A stretch of 63,989 nt of DNA, the filler included, from Porpidia crustulata (Eukaryota), in assembly GCA_964255105.1 (NCBI GenBank). It is 4 parts of 4 records of this genome, joined end to end, with 100 filler letters (N's around TTAATTAATTAA, not from the genome) between each part and the next. Parts side by side here need not be neighbours in the genome. Positions count along the whole stretch, not along the records: positions 49,440 to 63,989 come from CAXUWE010000371.1; 3 more parts are not named here. One strand, given 5' to 3'. The notes beneath the pieces are model-generated. The model saw only the letters and a program-made list of their open reading frames with translations. It was not told the origin of the DNA and did no database searches. Positions 49,700-63,078 of the stretch are shown here, in pieces; within the stretch, counting starts at the first letter, position 1, and every line of letters begins with the position of its first letter. A program made the translations under genes and the position numbers.

Positions 49700-51298
49700 C
49701 TAGTTCATCTGTTTAATCAAAGCATTGATCTTATCCTCCCGGTTCCCCAGATCACCCCCCTCGACGAAATGCTTAAACTTCCTCGTCCGGAAGCCGCCGG
49801 TCGGATTGCTCAGCTTGAACGGCCACAGGAAATTGCTGGCCTGCTTGAAATTGGGCCCGACGGTCAGGATCTCGTGGATCAGGTCCTCCATGCACACGAC
49901 GCCGTACTTGCCCAGGTTCTCCTCGATTATCTGGTTGTCGGTGAGGGGGATGCGCTGCTTGTCGATTTTGCCGTAGCCGCGCTTGTAGATGAGGTCGCGC
50001 ACGGATTTGAGGGAGGGGTAGCCGTAGGCGATGTAGGGTTCGACGACTTTGAGCATTTCGAGGGTGGCTTTCGTGAGGCGGACGAAGACGCCGTTGTTGA
50101 TTTGCAGGAGGCGGAGGAGCTGAAGGATCTTACGGGGTTTGGGGGCGATTTTGTTGATACTGGGGCGTTTGATGTTAGCGATGCAGGACCGGCGAGGTCA
50201 AGGAAGGGGGGAGAAGAGAGGAATTTTTACCCTTTGATACGGATGACGAAGACGAGCTTGGCTTCAGCTGGGACGTAGTAGGTGCCTTCCTGCTTGCTCA
50301 GGCGAGAAAGGCGGATCTTCTCACGCTCTGCATCGCGATACTCTTTGACGTAGGACTCGGCACGCTTGAAGATAACACCACGTTTCTCTTTGTGAGCCTA
50401 CGTTAATATTAGGTCAGCATACGTTCAATCGCTGATGAGATTCTTGTATCCTCGCTCATGGACGATTCAGACCCGAAAGATGGTTAATATAAGCGACAGC
50501 ATCGACCTGAAGGTCTAGTCGCAAGTGTGATGGTTGTCATCACTATCGTCCATGACTACCCTGGGATTGATGTCGATGCATGAGCGAAATATTTATATGG
50601 TTTACCTTCTTTTTCTTCTCAACCTCAGCCTGGCGTTCTTCGCGCTGCTTCTCCTGGCTCTTGCGCTTTTTCAGTAGAGTTTCCGGGACGAGGATTTGGT
50701 CTTCAGTCGGCACACTCCTGTAGGTGGCCAAGAACGGCAAGGTCAGTATAGTCTGTCCACAGAAGCGATCAAATAAATACGTCGAGTATGGAATTGCAGC
50801 TGAAGCGCTGCATTCTCGAGCTGGAGCATGAACTCGACGAAATGAATTTAACCGGCGAGACTGAGATGGCTGCTACTAAACCAGCTTCGGCTGAAGTCGA
50901 GGCAATTCGCGATCAATTCAATACGTCTCGTCCGACAAGACCTCAAGTAAAGCTCGAGAAGAATACGCGCATGTACGTACGAGCCTTCATTGAGCAGCAG
51001 CGAGCAATGGACAAGCTGCTGTCGAAGGTCGAATGCGGTACTTGATTTCAAGGGGAAAACGCGAGTCTTCGACCTCAAGACCCCACAATTTGCCAACGGC
51101 AAGTCAGCCACGATTGACTGGCTTGTCGCTGACAGTCTGCGGGAGATATCGAGCTGGCGCTGATGCACTTTGAAGTGTAACAGCCAGTCCAGCGAGAGAG
51201 ACAGGCTACACGGCCAAGGGACATGAGGGGTTTAGGCGAAAAAAGCGTAAAGGAAACGCATACGTCTTCACCGTCGCTTGGTGCTTCTTAGGAGGCAT
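49700..51298 (-). CDS. RPL7: 60S ribosomal protein L7 (uL30), 4 exons
   Basis: [35 protein letters not shown].../...[12 protein letters not shown]...[35 protein letters not shown]...[19 protein letters not shown]; introns about 50720-51263, 50398-50605 and 50161-50230. Confidence 0.96.
50456..50555 (-). ncRNA. Intronic box C/D snoRNA, snR39/snR59/snR39B-type, in RPL7 intron 2
   Basis: Box C GTGATGA (50543-50537), box D CTGA (50470-50467), perfect 11-bp terminal stem TCATGGACGAT/ATCGTCCATGA, guide ACCATCTTTCGGGT complementary to conserved LSU rRNA ACCCGAAAGAUGGU. Confidence 0.92.
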
Positions 51299-52355
51299 TG
51301 TGACTGTTGTGGTCGTTGTCGGATGCTGGAAATGTCGGTCGTTGAGGTCCTTCAAGTTCTTGTTTGATTGTGGGAGCCGCTAAGCGAATTTCGCGAGTAT
51401 TGCGCTAGGCTGTTCTAGGGCTAGATATGATCTTTGCTAGTCACAATCATCCATGACATGAGAGGTGTTTGAGGCGCAACAATTCCTGTAGTCACGAAAT
51501 TTGCAATGCGACGACCTGTAAAATTTCCACGTTGCTGTTTCAGGGTCACAAAATCATAAGCTAAGATTGATGATCTAGGTCCGATCACTATGAGCATGAG
51601 ACTTCTCCATTAGCATCTGACCTAACCCGTGCTCACAACTTAGGAAGACAAAACAGGCTTGGACATGATTCCCTTTTTAGAGAGAAGTCCACAGGTCCAC
51701 GCTCCCACAATGCTACACGGTCCTGTCGATCGAATCTTCGACTTCGGGCCCATCCGTCTTCAAAGTGTTATCTCGCGCCTCTCTTACCTTATAAATTCGT
51801 TGGCCATAACCGAACTGCCTCGTTTCTTCTCTCAACGTGCATCAGGTGTGATATCGGCATACACCAACCGCGCGCTTTGAAAAGCATTTGCAAGTATAAT
51901 GGTCCTGCCTACATCGTGCGAAGTAACAGTCAACATGGCAATGTTGTCTTGTAGATGGCCGCTGTAGGCACGCGTCGAAGACGGTCTCTTGTCCGTGCTG
52001 GTCGGCTTCTCACCAAGGATGGATAGTTATTTATTTATTGTAGATTGAGAATAGACTTATCGGCTTGTGGAAGAACAAGGGGAGTCGGAAATCAAGCTTG
52101 ATACGTTTCTTTCCAAAGGAACGGAAGAACGAGGATATGATATAGGAGCGGGTCTCAGTGTACCAGCTGGTACTTGCTTGATCATTGCAGTAGTGACTTG
52201 ATAGGAAGATGTACATGATATTGTAAGAACGCGGTCAATATCTGCAATTAAGGAAATTAGAAGAGAAGAGGGGAATTTCCACGATGTTATTTGTCGACAG
52301 ATATCGCTGCATCTAAGCAAGACCAAGTTCGGATGGGATACTCAAACCCCTGAGG

Positions 52356-53431
52356 TCATCCACATCCACAATCCATTCCCCTATCTTTCTCCAGATCCAT
52401 CAAAGTCTGTCCTACGACCTGCTCTAGGCTTTTCCGGCCCTCAAGATCGATTTTCTGTCGCTGCCAACTCTCCACGTCGTCTATTTCGCCGAACAACATA
52501 CTTCTTTCCAATAATACCATTGTCCCATCTAAGAATCCTTTCTCCATCCTCACCTGCCCCTCTCTCAAGGCTTCTTCTACATCCGCCCTCCCAACAGTCC
52601 ACTTTTTGCCACTGCACGTTTCCAATGCCTTTAATATTTCATTTTGGCAAGTCAGAAACCTCGCTGCGTAGAGATATTGATTCTTTGCTTCCTCACCCAT
52701 ATCTAAGGCTTCCACAACCGCTTTTGCCACTCCTTTCAGTGTACTGCACGCAAATCTTTCTTCTCCACTTCCGTAGACCGTGGCACTCGACCAGCATAAA
52801 TCGAACCCGAGCAAACCTCCTCTCAGTCCTTCATCTATGAGACAGCCAGTTGCCAATCCAGTCCAGCTGAACCCGGGACACTTCTTGGTCTGATCCCTTA
52901 AATATTGCAGAACCTCCGCTCGTGCTTGACATGGAGGGAACCTTTCACGGACCCGTGCATTTAAAGTGTTATGATTGAATTCATTAGGGACGAAACGACG
53001 CACACCAGCGGCTATGGCAGCATCAATCAACAGCTTCTGAAAGGGCACGTCGCCGGCGTGTATGGTGCTAATCACTACATCTTGATTTCTGAAGGCGCTT
53101 GCCAGGGAGGACAGATCGAATGTAGCTGTAACATGGGTGATGATATGAGGGTTCGAAGGGGTCTGGTTAAGGCGAGTGAGGAGGGTGATCTTATACGGTC
53201 TTGCTGGAGAACAATTGACGTGATTATGGTTATTTCCGGAGCCAGCAGCGCCATTGCTGTACAAATGAGAGTCGTCAATATGGGGAAGGGCGTGACCGAG
53301 GGCGTTTGATAGAGGACCTTTTTGCACTAGACTTTAGTATCGTGGTTTGAGCCTTAAAAAGTCGGGATTGCACTACACCTACTTACCCCTACGAGGAGGA
53401 TATTTTGAACATGATGAGCTTCGTGGTGCAT
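52356..53431 (-). CDS. NmrA/isoflavone-reductase-like NAD(P)-binding protein
   Basis: Exon 1 MHHEAHHVQNILLVG; AFRNQDVVISTI...QKLLIDAAIAAGVRRFVPNEF...WTGLATG...LLGFDL. First splice junction uncertain. Confidence 0.8.
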
Positions 53432-54426
53432 GAGGCAATAGATACGCACGGGCCACCTTTCGGAACTAGTAGGTAGATATCTTTTCTCTGTGTTTGGACA
53501 ACGCTCGATCATGTAATGATTGATATAGAAGTCATGGAAGTAAGAAAGCTTTGGAATTCTCCCCTCATGGTTGAAATATCCTTGATCCTCAGGCTTTGTC
53601 CTTTGCGCTCAAGGTCATGAGAAAGGAGCCATTGCGCTGGTCTCCGCTCGCCCGCTTCGCTGTCATAGATGGGAATGGCAAGGAGTTCCTCGAAAACGTG
53701 GGTATTTGGCTATCGACCTCTCCCTAAGCTTATAGAAAGCTTATGCCGCTGGATAATTCGGAATGCTTTGGAATCCTGATATCAAGTCGTCCATCTAATG
53801 AATATCCCTACTTCGGATCTGTGAAAAAGACGAACTATCCTCCGGATACAATCCGAAGTACAACCGCAGAGAATCTACCCATCATCTCAGTCACGTTGAT
53901 ATATGTCCGTTTTGCGAACGAATCAAACGTTATTTTTCTACTTCTAGGACGTTCCAGGACAATGTCAAGCCGAGCAAGTCGCGCTGCGTCATTTTACCAC
54001 TTGTTTCCTATTCCGAGTATTCAACCCCGCTATCGTTTGAATTCCTTTGGGTTCCGGGAGTGTAGAGAACGGTGTACATGTTGAGATGTTGCATCTAGTG
54101 TCACGACTTATGAGGTATGGAAAACATGCAGCCTTTCCCACAAGGCGGCGGGCCTAATGCCAGCGGTACCTTAGCCAACCTGTGCATCGCGGATGCGGGG
54201 CAGATCTCGGATTATTCTTATTATTCTTATTATTATTCTTCGCATTCATTTAGATACTTACTTTTACGTACCTATCATGTATTGCGGGGTAGCATGGTGA
54301 GGATATTCCACAGTACGCGTCGTCTTGGGCATTTCCAAAATCTACTACTTCCCTTCTTCCCCTACTCACTTGCTCCAACGTGACCTACTGCCGTCAATAT
54401 CTAAACTTACAAGTACTTCATTCAGA

Positions 54427-56714
54427 ATGGCTACTGCGGCAGTCCAGATACCCTCACACAACCGACTTGAACCAGGATCAAGCAAAATCCAAGCTATACC
54501 GTACCCAAAGGCATACGCCGTTGGTGAGGTAGATGTGAAGGCAGTTGTGGCAGAATGGACAAACAAACTCAATGGCGCTCTCTCAAACAGGAACTATGCA
54601 TTGCTTAACGACCTATTTCTCAAGGACTCTTGCTGGCGGGATCAGCTTGGTTTGTCGTGGGATTACCATACGCTGCATGGTCCTGAGAAGATGATCTCGT
54701 TTCTTCAAGAATCTGGGTCCAATGGTAGCCGTATTAGATCTCTCGTAGTCGATAATAGCAACGCGACTCGTCAACCCACTATCTCAGCCGTCGATCCTGG
54801 CGGGAAGGTCAAATGTATTGCGTCGTTTATCACTATGGAGACAGATGTGGGTAGGGGTAGGGGTTTGATCAGACTAGTACAGGACCCAGAAGATGATGGT
54901 AAATGGAAAGGATTTACACTCTTCACTGCCATGCACGAGTTGAGAGGCCATGAAGAGACGGTCAAGGCAAACCGACCGCAAGGGGTCGATCATGGGGGAC
55001 AGCCGGGGCGGAAGAATTGGCAAGACAGAAGACATGCAATGGAAAACTTTGAAGATGGCAATGAACCCACAGTTCTTGTCATTGGTATGTCTCGAGTGCC
55101 GTATGGAGTAAGTATCGCAAGCTGACTGCTGCTTTCTTATTCAACCTAAAGGAGCCGGACAAGGTGGCCTTACTTCTGCAGCCCGTCTCCAGCAGCTGGG
55201 GATTCCGACCCTGATCATCGACCGGAATCCACGTATTGGGGACAATTGGCGGAACAGGTGGGTTCTTGCTGGGTCATACGTACCTTTAGCGGTTTTGCGT
55301 CCCTACTAAATGAATTGTAGATACCACCAGCTCGTGCTACATGATCCTGTCTGGTATGACCATTTACCCTATGTTCCTTTTCCTCCTAATTGGCCCGTCT
55401 TTACACCAAAGGATAAGCTCGCGGAATGGTTTGAATCGTATGCTCGCCTTCTCGAACTCAATGTATGGACTCTTACCAACCTCAAATCCGCGACTTGGGA
55501 TGAACGCCTTCGTCGATGGACAGTCGTCTTGGCCCGTCAGACCTCCGAATCGGGTGCTGTCGATGTTCGTACGTTGTACCCACGTCACATCGTTCAAGCC
55601 ACAGGTCACAGTGGTGAACCTTCTTTTCCTTCTATCAAAGGTATGGATAGCTTTGCCGGTGATCGTCTATGCCACTCCAGCCAGTTCAGAGGCGCTCAAG
55701 AGTTGGCACCGAACATGAAGAAGCACGCAGTCGTTGTAGGTAAGATCATCTATGAGCTCCAGATACAATACAAAGCTATAGGATTTAATGCGACTCAGGC
55801 TCATGCAATTCCGGGCACGACATTGCACAAGATTTTTTTGAACATGGATATGATGTTACAATGGTCCAGCGCTCATCCACTTACGTTGTCACCTCCAAAT
55901 CCGTCATAGATGTGCTTCTTGCTGGAGTTTACATGGAAAACGGCCCTGATACCGAGGATGCAGACCTTATGTTTATGAGCGTACCTAATAAGATACTCAA
56001 GCGAATACACATGGATGCGACAGTCGAAATTGCACGGCGAGACAAAGCTTTACTTGATGGTTTGGAAAAGGCAGGTTTCAAACTTGACGATGGGCCAGAC
56101 GATTCAGGTATGGGCGTCTCATTTCTGATCGATACTACTATCTCAAGTCTACATCATCGCTTATAGTCAATACCAGGCTTCTTCATGAAGTATTTTCAGC
56201 GTGGTGGAGGATACTACATTGACGTCGGTGCTTCGCAGCTCATTGTCGACGGCAAGATCAAGATCAAACAAGGGCAAGAAATCACAGAAGTCACGCCGCA
56301 CAGCCTAATTTTTGCGGATGGGACTGAACTGCCTGCGGATGAGATTGTTTTTGCGACTGGTTACGAGAACATGCGGGGAACAGCAAGAAAGATGTTCGGA
56401 GATGAGTTGGCAGATCGGGTCAAGGTAAATGAGCCGCTTCCAATAAAGTCATCAAAGTTGATCGTTGTTTGGTAGGATGTCTGGGGCTTTGATGAAGAAG
56501 GCGAGTTGAGAACCATGTGGAGGTAAGTTTCTCACCCCATTAATCTATCAAAAGTTTAGGAAGACACTAAAACTTTATGTTGCGTAGGAGAACCGGCCAT
56601 CCAGGTTTCTGGTTTTTCGGAGGCAACCTGGCTCTATGTAGATATTTTTCAAGGATGATGGCACTCCAAATCAAGGCGTTGGAGAAGGGTATTATGAAGT
56701 ATGAGGACCGCTGA
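54427..56714 (+). CDS. Flavin-containing monooxygenase with N-terminal SnoaL-like domain (type II FMO-like), multi-exon
   Basis: VLVIG/AGQGGL FAD motif, GDNWRNR/YHQLVLHDPVWYDHLPY, ATGHSGEP, F.GDRLCHSSQF, VVG/SCNSGHDIAQD, GGGYYIDVG, FATGY, VWGFDEEGE; stop 56712-56714. Confidence 0.9.
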
Positions 56715-58117
56715 ATATTTCAGGGGCAAAGGAAATATCTTACCTACGCGACCTAAAAAAGTCGGCTTTACATAGCATTAGGGGTTTGAATGACCATAAC
56801 TGCTGTCCGGGCTAGCACAATCCATTTGGAGGGCCTCTTGTAGGCTGTGGATCAGGGCACGCAGGGTAAACCTACGACCCGGGAATGCGGCGCAAGCCCT
56901 AAGATACACACAAAACACATGTAAGGCTCATTAAGCGAATTGATGTTGTGCCGCTAAAGCGTCCAATCATGGGAGGGCTCATGCATTATTCGCTGCACGC
57001 TGCACGGCAGAGTACTGCCTTATCATTGCTGATATCAAATCAAAGGCGAATGAATGCCCTTTGCTACCAGATATAAGACTCAGCAAATAGGGCAAGATAT
57101 GACTGCCCCGAAGCACACGACAACAGTGACTCACTTCGGAGAGCGGAGGACACCAGTGAGCCACGATTGGTCGCTTAATCAATCGTTCCTGTTTGCTGCG
57201 CCTGTTTAGCTAATGATTGTTGGAGGAAGAAGATGACGGTGCATTGTAACCCAACATAAAAATAAACGTCGTGTGACACAGAACATGACAGTTCAGATCT
57301 CTTTGTTGATTGATCCCAAAGAAACCTGATACCGAGGGGTTTGTAATGGTATAATCTACTCTAGGAGCTCGAAGTGAGCAAGTGAGCGGATTCGGAAGGG
57401 GGGCTTTCGCATGGTGGTTCGCCCGTACTCACCTAGAATCACAATGGCCTGCGTATCTAAGAGCTTGGGCATATCGAGCTGCTAAACATCATTTATCTAC
57501 CTTGATAGACAAAGAGCAAGGAGAAGAAGTAACTCAAGCCGATTAATACATACACAATAATAATATAAAACACATTTCATCTGTGATTGTTGTAATGTTG
57601 GTTCGAACTAAGCCCGAAATTGGTATTTTTACGAGAGAAACGGTTTGAATCGCACTAGCCCGAGCTAAACTATATTGGTATTAGATTTTTCCAAAAATTC
57701 CCTTTTGCTCAGCAACCTCGACGACTTTTCTTTTACTTCCACAATCCAATACAACCACCAACACCAAAGTCACATCTGCTGCGAGTCCACAAGGATCATC
57801 GCAGACACTAACAGCTGACTTTAAACTGCCTCTATATCACTCACGTTCGCTGAGTGCACGATCCTTCCAGGTCAAGGGTTGCCCGGCCTGTAAGGCTTTG
57901 CTTCCTCAGCCAGTACTGAGCCAATCTTTTTCGTTACTGCGACAGTTTCAAGCAGTTCAACACACCCACAAATCTCCACTCCAAAAGCTCAAAATTCATC
58001 CGTGCGCTCCGGATTTGATATTCGGTTTTAATACAGACGAACAATCTTGTAATTTGCATCTACATTCTCGGTCGAAAACCAAACAGACACTTCGTCAAGA
58101 TCACTGCCAAATTTCAA

Positions 58118-61100
58118 ATGACAAGCATTTCTCAGCCAGTTCTACCACCGCAAGCACCTACCAACCCATCGCAAAGCATCGCGCAGGCGCATCAATCGTC
58201 GGGTTCGATCAGCGGCAAAACGACACCTCAAGCCGTTGGTACGGCTCCTGCCACTGTCCGAAGCTACGCCAGCGCCACCAAGAAGGCGTTCTCGCCCACG
58301 TCTACGCCAGGTACCACGAATCTACTGGTGGCAGCGGGAGGTTCTGTGCCAGCGCTCCATAGCAGGCCAGACTCTATCTCCGCCGCAAATGGCAAGGGAC
58401 CTATTCCACCAGCCGTTCCAGCCGTTGGAACACCAACCATAATCAATGGCAACACTGCTGCGAGCTCGAGTTCGGGTGCAGGCGACCATAGTCGAAAACC
58501 GTCGGTCACAATCAGCGCTGCAGGGGCTACTGGGTACAGGCCAAATGGAGGTCCGGTCGTTGGAAAGCTTCCAGGAGGGAACTCGATTCAATTTGGCTCT
58601 CGACCCGCTGGCGGCTCACCTACAATGGCGAATAGCGTACCTCAACCAACCCAGTCATCGAACTCCTTAACTGTGAATACACCGATCAATCCACGGATAA
58701 TCTCACCGTCAACATCTCCTTCTCCAATTCCACAGCCACCTGCAAGTGGCGGCCGGCCACCATCGAGTCTGCAAGGCCAGAGCAATGGTTTGAATTTTGG
58801 CGGTTTCGGAGGTGAAGATGCAAATGTGAGTCTACTTCAGCCTGGTTTTTGTGAAACACTGACTCTGAAACAGTGGCAGCCGAGACCGCAAGGTATGCCA
58901 CAAGGACCTCCTACCGGCCCGCAACCTAGCCACCTTCGTCGCGAGTCATCACAGTCTACCCATAGCGACTTGAGCAATGCTGGAATGAACCCCGGTATGG
59001 GCCAGAATCCTGGCAGAGGAGGCTACCAGCAAGCCGGTCGAGGGAGAGGATATGTGGGTCAACACGCACAGCAACCTCAGCAGATGGCGTACCCTCCAGC
59101 GCCCAACAGCTATCGACCGACGCCCCATCAAACTCGCGGTGGACAAAACGTGGTTCCTCCGTTTCAGCAGCAGCAGCCGCGCTCACTCTTTCCGAATTCT
59201 CCACACCAGGCCGCCCGTAGCCCAGCATTGTCAAACTCACAGCCTGCTCACCCCCAACCTGGGCAAGTTCCCATGGGAAACCCCCAGATGTACCAAGCGT
59301 ATGCCGGCTATGCTCCGCAGATGGGAATCCCACAAGTAAAGCCTCAATCTTCTTCACCATCTTTGCCCCCCATATTTCCTACTTCAAGTCAGAACATGAC
59401 CCAGATTTCCTTGCAAAACGTCGTTGACTTTCGACAAACCCCCGACCTTTCTCCTAGCAGTGACTTTTTTGCACGGTATCTGACATCTAGATCCCAGAAT
59501 TATGGCATGACTCAACAAGGTTACGATCCAAACTATGCTGCCTGGTACCAACAGCAGTACGGCATGCACCAGCAATCCATGCCGCCATACATGCCCCCTG
59601 CCTCTCCACGCCCAAGTTACCAGACTCCTCAAAATGGTCAATACAGTTCTGGCCAGTACAACTCCAATCCTAGTCAACCACATCCGATGTCCCGTACGCC
59701 ATCTGGTATATCGGCATCCGACCGACCAAGCTCCAGCTTGAGCAAACCGCAACATATAGCACCGACTCCTACCCAAAGCCATACCCCGGCTACAAACCGT
59801 AACGCAAACAGTCCGGCGCCAGCCAAGAAGAACGACTTTCAAATCCCAGCGCGAAAGACCGGAGGCATCGTAATCAAAGATCCGAATACTGGTGTCATCG
59901 TTAAATCGTTCGACAAGCCCCCTGCATCGCCTGCACCATCCAGCCAATCTCCAGCTGTAGTATCTTCGACGCCAACCCCTCCGCCTCGCTCACTAAGTTC
60001 TCAGCACCAGCGCACCGAGAGTAAAAGTGTCAAGACTGATGAAGAAAAGAAGAATGATATGAGAGACGCGATCGCTAGGAAAATTGAGGCTGACAAGGCT
60101 GAAGAGAAGCGCCTGAAAGATGCGGAGGAAGCAAAGCTCGCTGAAGACAAGAAAGACGCTGAAGCGAAAGCCTTGAAGGACAAGAAAGAAGCAGAAGCAA
60201 AGGAGTTGGAAGCTGCCAAGGCTCAGATGGAAGCAGATGAGGCGGCAAAGAAAGCTCAGAGCGAAGCTGAAGAGGCCAATAAAGCTGCTGCCAAAGCTAG
60301 CGAAGAAGCTGAGCGGCTCAAGAAGCAGCAGGAAGAGGATGAGGAGATTGCGCGCATGGAAGCTATCGATCGAGAAGAAGCGGAAGCAGAAGAACGGTAC
60401 CAGAAGAAGAAACAGGCGGAGAAAGATGAGAAGGCTCGTAAGGAAGCGGAAGCCGCATCAAGGGCCGACGAAGATATGAAGAAGGCCGAGCGAGAGGCTG
60501 AACAAGCCGAAGAGGCCCGCTTACAGAAACTCGAAGAGACCGAGGGAGGTGCTGCGCGGAAAGAGCAGGGGGACATGTTTGCAGCCTTGAAGAAAAATGG
60601 GAAGGCCCCTACATCTGCTGAGACAACCACTGCCACCGAAACCCCTGTTGAGAGCGGCACCGTAACTCCTGCATCTGACTCTTCAATGGCCCCTCCGTCG
60701 CGCCCAGCAGTTCCTGGCAAGCAAAAGCCAGCGGCTCTTAACCTCGTGACCACCAAAGCCGTGGAGCCCGCCCAACCCAGTGCGCAGCTCATGTCTCTCC
60801 GTTCAGCAAGACGTCTTACATCTATAAACGATCTTTCGTACCCTGCCTCCATTTCATCACCTAATCCGGCGCTCAATACCTCAGCACCAATGGGCAAGTT
60901 TAGGTACGATAAGGACTTCCTAATGCAATTTCAACGCGCCTTTATCGAGAAACCGTCCGAAAATTGGGCAGAGAGAGTGAAAGAGACTGTGGGCGACACT
61001 ACAGATCCCTCGTCTGCTCGGGTCACATCTGCCCGGGGCGCTCCGCCATCAGCCATGGGCGGACGACAGGCCTCGTTAGGTCGGCAGAACACACTTCCAG

Positions 61101-63078
61101 CAATGGGTTCATGGGAACAACCTAGTGGAAGGCCGCTTGCTCCTGGCTCAACCTCGGCATTACGGTACCAAGAATCAATCAATCGCCTGGGCCAGCCGCC
61201 ACGCCCCCCAATGCAGAATCCATTTGCTGGGCTTGTACCGCCACCACGAGCAACTGGTTTCCCCAGTAATAAGGCTTCACCCATGGAACAGGGTTCACCC
61301 TCCACTTCGTTACCATCTCATCTACAGTCTCCACGCAATAATCCTAGTCAGCGCGGTACATCTAATCGGGGAAGTAGAGGAGGCAGAGCACCACGCGAAA
61401 GTGAAAAAAATAACTCGGCTATGCCACTTACGGACGGCGCTGTCTTAAAGCCAATCGAAAGAACTTCCAACGGCTGGAAGCGTACCACGGATGTTACGAA
61501 TGCGACTGGCATGGCCGGTCCAGCACCAGGAGGGGACGGGCACATGGCTCCTGACATTGTGCAACGAAAAGTCAAATCAAATCTGAATAAAATGACGCCG
61601 CAGAACTTTGAGAAAATATCCGATCAGATTCTCACCATTGCTGGCCAGTCTAAAGACGAGACCGATGGAAGGACATTGAGACAGGTCATTCAGCTGACTT
61701 TCGAAAAAGCCACCGACGAAGCCCACTGGGCAGAGATGTACGCGCAATTTTGCAAGCGTATGTTGGAGTTTATGAGTCCTGAGATTAGAGATGAGAGCAT
61801 CATCGACAAGAAAGGTGACGTAGTTGTTGGAGGCGCTCTGTTCCGGAAGTATCTACTCACCCGATGTCAAACCGAATTTGAGCGAGGTTGGAAGACGGAT
61901 CTTCCAGAGAAACCAGATGGAGGTACTGAGGAAGCTGTTATGCTCTCGGATGAATACTACATTGCTGCCGCAGCGAAACGACGGGGTCTTGGTTTGGTGC
62001 GGTTCATCGGTGAATTGTACAAGCTCCAGATGCTTACTGAGCGTATCATGCACGAGTGTGTAAAGAAGCTTGTCGACTACGAAGGTGTTCCGGACGAGGC
62101 TGAGGTTGAATCTCTGACAAGTTTACTGAAGACCATTGGTGAAAACCTGGACGGTAACGAACGTGGTCATGGTCTAATGGACGTATACTTCAAACGTATC
62201 GGCCAGATGATTGAAACGCCCGGACTTCCAAGTCGGTTGAGTTTCATGCTCATGGTAAGTTTCTCTATTCCTTGCCCGCTCGTCGGCGTGTCTAATAATC
62301 CTAGGACATTGTCGATTTGCGGAAAAAGAATTGGCGGTCAAAGGCTGGTGCCGTCAAGGGTCCTACTACACTCGACCAAGTCCGAGCTCAGGTATGAAAT
62401 TAGAATCTCCTGGTTCGTTACCAAGCTAATTGTACCTCTTCTAGGCTGTTGCCGCCGAGCGTGAGAAGGAGTTGCAGCGCAATATCGACAACGCATCGCG
62501 GAGAGGCGGCGGTGGCGGTGGCCGCATGCCTATGGGTCGTGGTGATGCTCGTAACTTCTCAGGTGGAGGCCAGTACGGGATGCAGCCACCGCCTGATTCC
62601 CAAAAGAACCTTGTGGCCATGGATGATCTTCGGAGACTTGGAAGTAAAGGTGGATCTCGGCAAGTGAGCTCTCAAGGCAACACTGTTTTTGGTCCTACAT
62701 CCATGTTTGGCTCCAGAGGATCAAACACCCGCAAGACATTGGGTCCAAGTGGTATGGGTAGAGGTGGAGACGACTCTGGCGCTTCAAGTAGAACGGGCAC
62801 ACCACCAGCACAGAAAGACAAGAAGGAGAAGGAAGAGAAAGATGCGGCAAAGCAGAACGCTTTCAGGCAGGTTTCAACATGTCTGAAAATTGCTGTGCGC
62901 AAGCTAATCTCTACGTAGTGCTCTCGCAGGATTAGAGTCAAGTGAACCGGCCGACACAATTTCTCCGCCATCAACCGCATCATCTCCACCAACTACCAAG
63001 TCCAAGCCTACCGTTGAGCAACGCTCGCAATCACCCCCCAAGGACAAAGCGGACGGCAAAGAAGACGCGACATCATAG
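58118..63078 (+). CDS. TIF4631: Eukaryotic translation initiation factor 4G
   Basis: eIF4E-binding motif FRYDKDFLMQF; MIF4G domain VQRKVKSNLNKMTPQNF...IQLTFEKATDEAHW...RRGLGLVRFIGELYKL; several introns; last exon ends TAG 63076-63078. Confidence 0.95.

Noticed and set aside
50788..51045. 85-aa antisense ORF nested in RPL7 intron 1
   Set aside because: Short, no recognisable domain, no independent support.
53310..53390. Apparent frameshift at the first splice junction of the NmrA-like gene
   Set aside because: Resolved by the alternative GTAGGT donor 4 nt downstream or by a one-base error in an A5 run; not evidence of pseudogenisation.
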